From: Nymphaea colorata
Lineage: Eukaryota
Assembly: GCF_008831285.2 (NCBI RefSeq)
Contig: NC_045138.2
Coordinates: forward strand, 20,832,001-20,896,000
DNA length: 64,000 bases
Direction: 5' to 3'
Shown: piece by piece, positions 39,501 through 51,000 of the stretch
Layout: the number at the start of each line of letters is the position of its first letter
Numbering within the stretch: the stretch's first letter is position 1
The notes under the pieces: generated by a model
The model's input: the letters and a program-made list of their open reading frames with translations, nothing else
Databases searched by the model: none
What the model was told of the DNA's origin: nothing
Translations under genes and position numbers: made by a program

Positions 39501-42500
39501 TAAACCCCACCCCACCTTTAACTACATTTAATTTTTTTAAGGAGCTAATTGCTCTTCATCTAGTCGCATTGTTCTTCAGCTCCTCTCGCACCTCTCATCT
39601 TTATACTCAGGCCCTTCTTGAAGACTGTCCAGCAGGTACCAATACTTCCCTTTTTGTGTTCAGCTTCATATAAATTGCAAGTTAGAACGATCAACATTAC
39701 AGGAATTAAGATTTGTGAACCAAGCCAATACCAAATACTTATATATAGACTACTTAAAAGTTCCGAAGCTGAATGATCGATGTCATGATACTTGTATGTT
39801 TCTCTTGTTATGTTTGGTTGCTAAAAGAGCGTCATCCTGATGGTGTTGGGATAAAATGTGGATAAACACGAATCTACTAAAAAAGATTCAACAACGAAGT
39901 ATAGCCCAAACCGATCATGCAAGAAGCAACAAACCAACGACCAAGCAATCATAAATGCACAAGAAGATTTTTACGTGGAAAACCCTTCTAAACAATGAGG
40001 GTAAAAACCACGGGGTACTACGACCCAAAACTCAATCCACTATAATCAATGATATAAGTTTTCCCACGAGGGACTACACAAAGCCAACCCTCCAACAATA
40101 ATATCTCAATAAAACTATATGAGAAAAACAAGGGAAAATTATCACCGATTGAATGCCCAAAACGTGGATTGGGAGGAGATGCGTTCCGCCTCCTCGTTGG
40201 AATCGAATCTTGCTCTAGCCAAATGCTCGCAACCTTCTCTTCCTCTTCTCCTCTCTCCTTTCCTCTTCTCCTTCTCTCCTCTCTTCTTCTCCTTCTCTCC
40301 TCTTGTTGTGCAGCCACCAAGAGAGAACACAAAAGAGAGCACACCTCTCTTTTCCCAAAAAACGGAACCCTCTTTTTCCCAAAAAACGGAACCCTAGGGA
40401 GAGACGTAAGAGGGATTGAGAGAGGGGGGGGCACATCGCGTGCCCCTCTTTTTCTTCCGCAGTGACGGGCCGCATCGGGTCCACTTGAGGCTGGACCCGA
40501 CCCAACAAGCTCCCCCTCCAGCCTCAAGTGGGAGAACATACTTGCAAAATGAACAAAATTAATATACTGCCTAAAAGGCAGTCATCCCAACTAATTCTCT
40601 ACACATATCATGTTTCTCTTTAGGTAGAGACTTCGTCATCATATCTGCAGGATTATCATCGGTATGGATCTTATCAAGAACAAGCTGCTTCGACTCTAGA
40701 ACATCACGTATCCAGTGATACCTTACGTCTATATGCTTTGACCTTGCATGAAAAGTAGAATTCTTTCCAAGGTGAATAGCACTCTGACTGTCACAGTAAA
40801 GCATGTACTCGTCTTGACTAAACTGAAGTTCCTGCATGAACCTCTTCATCCATAGAAGCTCCTTGCTCGCCTCTGTAGCTGCAATAAACTCTGCTTCAGT
40901 AGTAGATAATGCTACACATTTTTGAAGTCTGGATTGCCAAGAAACTGCACCACCTGCATATGTCAATAAAAAACCAGATGTAGATCTTCTCCCATCAATG
41001 TCTCCTGCCATGTCTAAATCTGTATAGCCAACAAGAATAGGTTTTTATGCCCCAAAACAAAGTGAAAAACTGCTATTCCCACGAAGGTATCTCAAAATTC
41101 ATTTAACTGCTTTCCAGTGTTTCTTTACTGGATTTGAGACAAACCAACTAACAACTCCAACTGAATGAGCAATATCAGGTCTAGTACATACCATAGCATA
41201 CATCAGACTACCTGTGACTGAGGCATATGGAATCTTCTCCATATCTTCCTTTTTTGAATTTGTCCTTGGACTCTGCTTGGTGCTCAACTTGAAATGCGCT
41301 GCAAGTGGGGTGCTAACAGGCTTTGCCTTGTCCATATGAAATCTTTGAAGTACTTTCTCAATGTACTTCTCCTGAGATAGCCATAGCTTCTTCGACTTCC
41401 TATCTCGTGTGATCTTCATACCCAAAATCTGATTAGCAGGTCTCAAGTCTTTCATAGCAAAAGACTTGCTCAACTCCTTTTTCAAGCTTGAAATTCTCGA
41501 GATATTATTGCCAACAATAAGCATGTCATCAACATAAATCAACAAAATGACAAAATCATTACCTGAGAATTTCTTCACAAATACGCAGTGATCTGAAGTA
41601 GTCTTGGTATAGCCATACTCCCCCATAAATGACTCGAACTTCTTGTACCACTGCCTAGGTGCCTGATTCAGACCATACAAGCTTTTCTTTAATCTGCAAA
41701 CATGGTTTTCTTTACCTTTCACAAGAAAACCTTCTGGCTGCATCATGTAAATTTCTTCATCAAGATCACCATGAAGAAAAGCTGTCTTCACATCCATCTG
41801 CTCGATCTCTAAATCAAGACTGGCTGCCAAACTAAGAACAACTCTGATAGATGACATCCTGACCACCGGTGAGAATATCTCGTCGAAGTCAACTCCTTTC
41901 CTCTGATTGAACCCCTTCACAACCAACCTAGCTTTGTATCTTGGGTTTAGAGAGTTTTCATCATGTTTCACTCTAAAAACCCATTTGTTTCTCAATGCCC
42001 TCTTGCCTTGGGGCAACTCCACAAGCTCGAAGGTGTGGTTGTCGTAAAGTGACTGCATCTCATCTTTCATGGCTTCCATTCACTTTTCCTTGTGCACATC
42101 ATGCATAGCTTCTTCATAGCATTCAGGCTCACCACTGTCAGTCAACAAAACATAGTCATGTGCGGGATATGTAGTTGAAGGACGCCGCTCCCTCGTAGAT
42201 CTTCGCTGTCGATCTACATTTGAGGAAGAACCCTCCAAATTATGATCGTCACCTTCGTCATCTGAATTAGGAATATATGGCACGTCTATTTGTCCTTCTC
42301 TATCATGTATCTGCCCAACAGCATCATCTGGCACTGCTCTTGAAGTATTCTGCAAGGGAATAGGATCCACATCAACTGGCAAATAGCTGCTATGAGAAGA
42401 ATTCTTTACTGCTTTCTGAATATCCTCAATATTCTGATCTTCAGCAAATACAACATCCCTGCTTCTGACAAGCTTCTTTTCAACTGGATCATACAATCTA

Positions 42501-45500
42501 TAACCAAAATCATCATGGCCATAACCCAAAAACACGCACTGCCTGCTTTTTTATTCCAACTTCGATCTCTCATCCTTTGGTATATGCACAAATGCCCTGC
42601 ATCCAAATACACGTAAGTGCTCATAGGATACATCCTTCCCATACCAAACTCTATTAGGAACATCCCCATCCAAAGGAACATGTGGAGACAAGTTAATCAC
42701 ATAAGCAGCAGTATGTAAAGCTTCACACCAAAAAGAATCAGATAACTTAGCTTCAGATATGAGACATCTAACTCTCTCCATGAGTGTCCTGTTCATCCTT
42801 TCTGCCACGCCATTCAATGGAGGAGTCTTAGGTGGAGCCTTCTGGTGCCTGATGCCATGAGATCTGCAATACTCATCAAATGGACCAATATACTCTCCCC
42901 CATTATCACTGCGAACACACTTCAGCTTCTTTTCAGACTGCCTTTCAACCAGTGCATGAAAATCCTTAAAAACACCAAGGACTTGGTCTTTCCTCTTCAA
43001 AGAATTGACCCAAACTTTCCTGAAAAAATCATCAATAAACGTGACAAAATAAAGTGCACCACCATGTGAACTTACTTTCATAGGATCGCATACATCTGTA
43101 TGAACTAGCTCAAATGCTTCTGATTTTCTGGAAGGTGGATGACTCTTGAAAGAGACCCGCGTCTGCTTCCCTGCAAAACAATGACTGCATTTATCAAGTT
43201 TATCCTTCTTTACATCTTGTAGAAGATTCTTCTTGATCAAGAATTGCAGTCCCTTGTCACTCATATGTCCCAGCCTCCTGTGCCACAACTCTATAGATTT
43301 CTCATCTTGTGTCACATATACCATGTCTCTGGAAATCGATGCCTGCATAGTATAAAGATTATTGCTGCATCTCTTGCCTCGAGCAATAATCAAGGAACCT
43401 CTAGTAAGCTTCCACTGGCCATCACCAAAAGTGTTGTGATACCCTTCTTCATCGAGCCTTCCTGCAGAGATAAGGTTCAAATGCATGTCAGGTGCATGTC
43501 TCACATCTGTCAGCTTCAATAGAGCTCCATTCGCATTCTTCAAAATGACGTCGCCTTTGCCTACAACATTAGACAAAGAACCATTACCCATTCTCAATGT
43601 ACCAAAATCACCAGAAATATATGAAGAGAAAAAATCCTTATGGGAAGTAACATGAAGAGCTGATCCACTATCAACAAGCCAACAAGTATCGTCTCTGGCA
43701 ACATTAACCATGTTAGCATCACAAACAACAAACATTTCATGTTGTGCAGCTGCTGCGACATTGTCATCTCGGTCATTTTTCTTCTCCTGTTTCTCCCCAA
43801 ATTTATTCTCCTTCTTCAACTGAAAGCAGTACTTCTTTATGTGTCCTTTCTTTCCACAGTGGTGGCATTCCAAGTTCTTATATCTCGATTTGGACTTGCT
43901 TCTGCTTTTATCTCTGCTTCTGTCACTCTTGAATTTACTCATCCCCCTGTTCTCTATGAAAAGAACCTCTGTCTGAGAAGAGCAACCCTGAGATTTTCTT
44001 CTCATCTCCTCATTGAGGATACCTGACTTAACAGTCTCTAAAGAAACAACCCCATTAGCTACAGAGTTAGTAAGCGAGACTCTAAATGTCTCCCACGAAT
44101 CAGGCAAAGTAGCAAGCAATAATAATCCCAAAATCTCATCTTCAAATTTAACGCCCATACTGGATAACTGACTAATGACCCCCTGAAAATCATTTAGAAA
44201 ATCTGACACTGAACTGCCTTCCCTGAATCTCAAATTCATCAATCTTTTCAGAAGAAATAATTTACTACTTCCTGTCTTGGAAGCATAAAGATTTTCTAAT
44301 TTTGCCCACAAACTACATGCATGATTTTCATCTTGAATATGGTTATAAACATTTTCATCCACAAATTGTCGAATGAAACCACAAACTTGTTCGTGTTCAA
44401 ATTCTCATTCTTCGTCAGACTTAGAATGGGGCTTTTCTTTGGCAAAAACTGTGAGGTGCATAGCCTTCACAATCTTTCATCTTATTTTTGCATAGACTAT
44501 AATTAGTCCCATTTAGACTAATCATACGGCTAGTACCAAAATCAATTTTGTTATCCACCATATTGGCTCTGATACCACTTTGTTGGGATAAAATGTGGAT
44601 AAACACGAATCTACTAAAAAAGATTCAACAACGAAGTATAGCCCAAACCGATCATGCAAGAAGCAACAAACCAACGACCAAGCAATCACAAATGCACAAG
44701 AAGATTTTTACGTGGAAAACCCCTCTAAACAATGAAGGTAAAAACCACGGGGTACTACGACCCAAAACTCAATCCACTATAATCAATGATATAAGTTTTC
44801 CCACGAGGGACTACACAAAGCCAACCCTCCAACAATAATATCTCACCAAAACTATATGAGAAAAACAAGGAAAAATTATCACCGATTGAATGCCCAAAAC
44901 GTGGATTGGGAGGAGATGCGTTCCGCCTCCTCGTTGGAATTGAATCTTGCTCTAGCCAAATGCTCGCAACCTTCTCTTCCTCTTCTCCTCTCTCCTTTCC
45001 TCTTCTCCTTCTCTCCTCTCCTCTTCTCCTTCTCTCCTCTTGTTGTGCAGCCACCAAGAGAGAACACAAAAGAGAGCACACCTCTCTTTTCCCAAAAAAC
45101 GAAACCCTCTTTTTCCCAAAAAACGGAACCCTAGAGAGAGACGTAAGAGGGATTGAGAGAGGGGGGGCACATCGCGTGCCCCTCTTTTTATTCCGCCCGT
45201 CACTTAAGTGACGGGCCGGATCGGGTCCACTTGAGGCTGGACCGGACCCAACAGATGGTATTGAAGAGTGTTGGTTCAGGTTGAAAGTTACCGTCTTGAG
45301 GCATCAGACGTATAGACATGTTTCAGTTTAGTGGCCGGATCCCTTTTTGGAAAGCCAAAACAAGGTGTACTTGTTGATGTTCGTTAATCAACAGATCCGC
45401 TACTTGTGGTTGACACCAACTTGTAAAATTATATAAATTTCAATGTAAAACTATATAATATATTGAACTGAATTGTGAAATAGTTTACATTGAGGATCCT

Positions 45501-46221
45501 AGTGTCCTAAACCCCCCTTTTAACCATGCACCAAAAGATTATTAAAGGTTAGTAAGGAAATGAAAATTTGATGAATCCGGCATGTGTGTGATGAGCCTAA
45601 TTTTTTAGGTAAAAGAAGCTTGATAAATCAAAAATTACTTGTAACATATAATGAGAAAAAAAAGCCTAATTTTTTAAGTAATTTTCTTCCCGGTTTTTTC
45701 TACTAATTTTCTTAGAAAAAACTTGATGAAAATTAGTGGAGACTTCCCACATTGGTATTAAAATTCTAAAAGAAACATAAAAATGTTTAATATAAACAAA
45801 AAAAATTGAAAAATCCTAGAAAAAGAACGGAGATTTTCATTTTTGGGATCAGATTTCCTGTTGCATTTTTATTGCAATGCCTTGAGAACATCACCGATAT
45901 GCAAATGCAGTGAATTGACACCTACAATATTGCTCCTTCATGTACAAAGTAGTGACACATCAGTCATAAAATTTCTAATGTCCTGTAAAATCTAGTTAAA
46001 AGCTTCACCCAAACCCAAATTTCCAATGTGTGAACAAATTTCAGGGGGCAGCAACAACTTGTTATCTGGCTCTGCACCCGAATATGGAAGGCGTTTCCGG
46101 CAAGTATTTCAGTGATTGCAAGGAGGACCAGCCAACAGCTTATGGCAGGGACGCCGATCTAGCGAAGAGGCTTTGGGAGTTCAGTGAAGACATGATAAGC
46201 ACAAAGCTTCCACAGCAATAG
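36593..46221 (+). CDS. TIC32-like short-chain dehydrogenase/reductase, copy C (intact frame, 326 aa)
   Basis: Exons 36593-36710, 36928-37159, 37869-37948, 38453-38606, 38988-39066, 39341-39425, 39580-39635 and 46045-46221 total 981 nt in one frame. Motifs TGATSGIG, AARS, NNAG, IVIVSS and YGQSKLAN. Intron 7 is 6.4 kb because of a copia insertion. Confidence 0.9.
39844..45253 (-). mobile_element. Full-length Ty1/copia (Tnt1-like) LTR retrotransposon, 5410 bp
   Basis: LTRs 39844-40507 and 44581-45253 (TGTTGGG...CCCAACA); 5-bp TSD GATGG on both sides; tRNA-Met PBS TGGTATCAGAGCC on the - strand at 44563-44577; PPT at ~40508-40520. Confidence 0.97.
40571..44561 (-). pseudogene. Copia gag-pol polyprotein (gag, zinc knuckle, protease, integrase, RT, RNase H), interrupted
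   Basis: [67 protein letters not shown]. In-frame stops at ~42551, ~42080 and ~41099, and frame breaks near 44460 and 41050. Confidence 0.93.
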
Positions 46222-47593
46222 TTTCCAATCTTACGATCGCCTGATCAATTACTTCACAGAGAATTGAATCAGATACACATCACTTTGAGTTCTTTCATAG
46301 CTCAGGTCATCTTTTCGGTTTAATCCAGTGTGATCTTTGTTCTATGATACGGAGCTGTATCTTAATCTATACGATATGAGAACGATACACAAAATGCATG
46401 TGTATCATGGCGGTATTGATCATATCTTACAATACAGCTGATACAAGCCTAATCTTATGATACGGCTTTGTTTTAGAAAAGGGTCTATGCCCCTTTTTTG
46501 TTGAGATTTTTTTTTTCCTTTCATATTAAATGGGTGGAGATAAGGTAGGGCCTGCTTGGGCCTTGGCCCCACCTAAAAAAAAATTAAACATTTATATGTA
46601 ATTTTTAGAATTTTTATAAAAATTTTGAAAAATGATATTTCGACCTTAGTTAAAATTTGGAAACTTTAATTCGGCCCCTCTCATAAAAAATTTCTAGGTC
46701 CAACCCCGTTTTCAACGCTTTTAATAGTTGTTGAAGGTTGAGCTTTCATTATATTAAAAGGAAATTTGCAAGAAATCATGGGCGTAAGGGAAAATCACTA
46801 GTTTGAAGGGATGACGATGAAGATGAAGAAGATAATGGTTACAGCATATTTTTATTTGACAATGAACGGCTGGGGATTATACGTTTGAATGTGATGTAAA
46901 ATATTTTAAAGTTTAGACTTTATCTTATCAATGTGTGGTTGCTTATGAACGAAAAATCATGAACGTCCATTATTTGTGTAATGAGTTCACGTTTTTCTTG
47001 ATTTGTGTAGGCAAGGCTGGTGTTCATGTCAAAACCACTTACCAAATGACCTTACAAATCTTGTGACTTAACACCTTATTGGAGATAAAGTTTCCAATTA
47101 ATTTCCATATAATTTATGTCCCATATTTTACTTGTTGACCTACTTCCGTTCTTTTGCTTCAGTTCTTTTGCTTCACATATATACCTGTGAGAACCCAAAA
47201 TTTGTACAAGTCTAAAAGACCATTTTACCCTTCACATTCAAAATTAATTTTCATACATCAGATTTCAAGACTAAGGGTCACTGCCAAGTCAAACAAGCAG
47301 ATTTTACTCTCTTGTTGAGCACCTATGTCAAGGTTGCCTACATTGCTATTGTCTTAAAATGACCATTTTACCCCTACAGCCTATCAACTTTGCCCTGAAA
47401 TTAAGCATTTTTTACTAGAACTTTAAGTTTTGCGTAACACTTGAGCAAGTAGGATATTTATTTCCTTTATAGGACCTTAAGAGTCATTGGAGTCGACTGC
47501 CCTAGCTCAGCTTAGTGTACAGTCATTTTTGGAACACCAAAACCATGTCAAAGATTCTCTCTTTATCTCTCTCTCTTTACAACACCAGACATA

Positions 47594-47819
47594 GACAACA
47601 TAGTCTACATATGCACAATCAACGAACTTAATCAATCTTAATAAAGCCAACCTACTTGGCTCAACTTCCAATCGTTTGTCTAAAGGAGTTCACTTATTTG
47701 AAACTCGACAACATAGTCTATACATGCACAATCAACGAGCTTAATCAATCTTAATAAAGCCAACCTACTTGGCTCAACTTCCACTTGTTTGCCTAAAGGA
47801 ATTCACTTATCTCAAACTC
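47594..47819. repeat. Two tandem copies of a 113-bp unit
   Basis: GACAACATAGTCTA...CACAATCAACGA.CTTAATCAATCTTAATAAAGCCAACCTACTTGGCTCAACTTCCA... starts at 47594 and 47707. Confidence 0.9.
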
Positions 47820-48056
47820 ACACTCATTCTTCATGAGGAGTTCAGTTAAGCTAGCCAACTGAAAGTGAGTTGCCTTCATCTGACAACAAATATGCACCAG
47901 AAAACAAGAAGGTGGGAGTTGTGGTATTTTGAAGACTGTTAAAAAAGAAATAATTTTTAAAATTTTTAATTTTTATATCCATAAAAGGGCTGCCTTTTGT
48001 ACTGACAATCAATGTTCACAGGTGTGTAATTTTTTTGTACATTGGATCTTTGACCT

Positions 48057-51000
48057 TGTTGGAAACTTCTGGAAGGGAATCTAGTGCGCCAAAATAGGAG
48101 AACAGACCATGCCAAAAAATCAGGAAAAACAGAGCAGATCGAGTCTAGCTAAATCATAGCAGATCAAGATCAAGAGATAAAAAGATTAGCTTCCTTTTTT
48201 CTTGCTGTAAAGATCATGTTTATCAATTTCCTGTTTTTGTGCTCTCTTCTTCTATATATTGGAGTTATATTGAGATCAGATGTACTTCAACTCAATAAGA
48301 TCATTCTCTTCCCTTCTTGTGGATGTAGGCTTGAAATAGTCGAACCATGTAAATCCTTACTTTCTGTTTTTTGTCTAGCTACTGTTTCTCTTGGATACAA
48401 TATTTTTTTAACATGGTATGAGAGCAGTTGTTCTTGAGAGGGAGTGCTTCATGCTGTCTGCTGCAAGGTCATGTCCATTGATTCTAAAGAAATCTGGTCA
48501 CCAAAGGTTACACCAGCAAGCGAGAATCATTCAAGTAGCATCGTTTTGTTCGAGAGGATCATTCGTGAGTTTTTTTGGGCCTGATTTAAAGGCAAATTGC
48601 AAAAGATCTAGTAGAAACCAGAGTATCGCCGAAGAACAATTTTTGTCTAGCCAGGCTTCACCTTTACGACAATGTTTTTTTTCCAATTTCTTTTTGGAAT
48701 TGGGAATCTCTTTGCTCCCGTAACAAATCCTCCTGATTTTCTGCATTTATTACACTCAGTTTCGACTATTTGGTTTTTGTTAATTGCTGGAGGACGGGAA
48801 TCTTTGTGAAAGAAGAAACAGGGACCGCCAGGGGAATATCGCCGATCGTTTTTTTAGCGACGGTGATTTTTTTTTTTGGTGACTCCAGTTGTCGCGCAGG
48901 AGTTCACTCGAATCACATGTATCTGCAGATCACTTCTGCACAATTACAGATTTTTTGGAAGTGCACTGAAGAAAGCGATAGACCTTCCAAGTTTCGCCGG
49001 TCACTTGGTAGCCGTCTGTAATTGAAGACGACGATTCATCACCTATTCCCAATGCTGTTCAAGATTGGTTTAGTTCGGTGATTTTCAGAGAAACATGTCT
49101 TGTTCAGCTAGATTGCTGTAACAAGTTCGTTCCTCCTGCTGAGTGCAGACGTATTTAAATTTGTCTATTCCGCTGCTTGCCGAGTCATTGTTTTTTTTCT
49201 CTTAAGTTGGGCAAAAGCTGCTCGATTATTCCTTAGTGGGTGACCAAAACTTGGATTCATCAATGGCTCTATAAAACAGCCTAACAAAAATGATCCAAAG
49301 TACAAAGAGTAGGAGTAGAAAACGACATAATTATGTCATGGCTAATCAACTCCATGGAGCTGCCGATTGCAAATCTGTTTCTTTACCAAGAAACAACAAA
49401 AGAGGTTTGGGATACCTTAAAAGTAGGGGTGGGCATTGGGCTGGGCCAGGTCGGACCGGGTCAGCCCGTCGGGCCCGGCCTGATATCCTGGGTCCCGGCT
49501 CGGGCCCGACCTGGCCCGACCCGTTTGAGCCTTCATCTGACGGTGTTTAGATGTCCTTCTTGACCCTTCATCTGACGATGTCCTGCAAATAGTTTTATTA
49601 AGTGGAGACCTTCGTTCCTCGCTTTTGAAATGCCTTATGGATTCTTCGGCAAGAGGAAGGATCGAGAACGCGGCTCTTGCTTTCTCTTGTTTTATGGTTT
49701 TTGGACATCCGAAAGAAGAAGAGCAGAACAAGAGAGAGGGAACCAACCTTGAGGAGGCAATGAAGCTCGTCGAGCTCAACTGGTGGCTTCCGGAGCTTAT
49801 TCCTAACTTCGACGAGTTGTTCATCCTTCTCCACGGCCTACGCCATCTTCCCTTCGAAGACCGCACACAAAGACCTTGACCCTAACCTACCCAACGCCAT
49901 CCCCGACAAGGAAGCACTAAAAGCACGAAAAGCAACGGAAGTCCTAGGGCAATAATCATAAGTGAACGATAGACCAGCAACCGGGTAAAAATGCGGGCAA
50001 AAGTTTCACGGAGATAACTCAACACATAGTTGAGATGGAGTCTGTGAGTTAATGTGTCGAATCGGGCCAGGCCGGACCGAACCGACCCGGGCTGAATAAT
50101 CTGGCCCCGGCCCGGCCCGACGCCCAGGCCTACTTAAAAGAGTTATATGGGGAACAAAACAATCTGGCTCATATATATGAAATTCAAAAGGAAATCTCTA
50201 AGCTTACTATGAGAGATAAGCCGATTCATCTGTATCTTGGTCAATTACGAAGTTTATATGATGAACTGTTGGAATACCGACCAGCCACTTTTGATCCTGA
50301 TGTTTATACACGTAGATCTGAAGAAGATAAAATCTTCAAAGTTCTTGCTGGACTAGCTGATGATTACGAAGCTGTCTGAAGTCAGATTCTGACGACATCT
50401 CCTCCTCTATCACTTAACAATGTGGTGCTAGACTATACAAAGAGAGGTAGCTTATCGAAAAGTTATGAACGTGACTTCAAAAAATAATAGTGAAGAAAGC
50501 CTTGAAACAATGGTGTATTACGTCAATAATAAAAAGGGAGATTCCAAACTACCCAATGACAGTAGCAATGGCTAGAGAATCCGAAGCAAATTCAAATGCA
50601 ATCATTGCAAGAAGATAGGACACACATGTGATAGATGTTGGGAGTTAATTGGTCATCCAACTAGAGAGAAATCATTATCCAAGCAACCAGATTTGGCCAA
50701 CTTTGTGACCAAGGAAGATCTTGAAAAGTTCTTTCAAAAATTTTCAAAGAAGAATCTAGTTTCATCTCAACCAGTTGAATATGAAGGTAAGAATCATGCT
50801 CTTATTTCTGTTTCTGCTGCTTCTACTTGGATTGTTGACTTTGGGACCACCAATCACATGAATAGAAATTCTTTTAAAATTACTAGTTTAGATAAAAAAC
50901 AAAAGTAGCATGTTTTTACTGCAGATGAGACACCTATAGCAGTAGAAGGAGTTGATAGAACCACATTTATTGAAAAAGATATTAAATCTAGTGTTCTCTA

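Noticed and set aside
40018..40539. Overlapping Arg/Glu-rich ORFs (also 44755-45211)
   Set aside because: They lie within the copia LTRs and arise from low-complexity CT-rich sequence.
49417..49879. ORFs inside the nested MITE (likewise 29012-29556)
   Set aside because: No recognisable domain and expected by chance in GC-rich sequence; gene capture cannot be excluded without a search.
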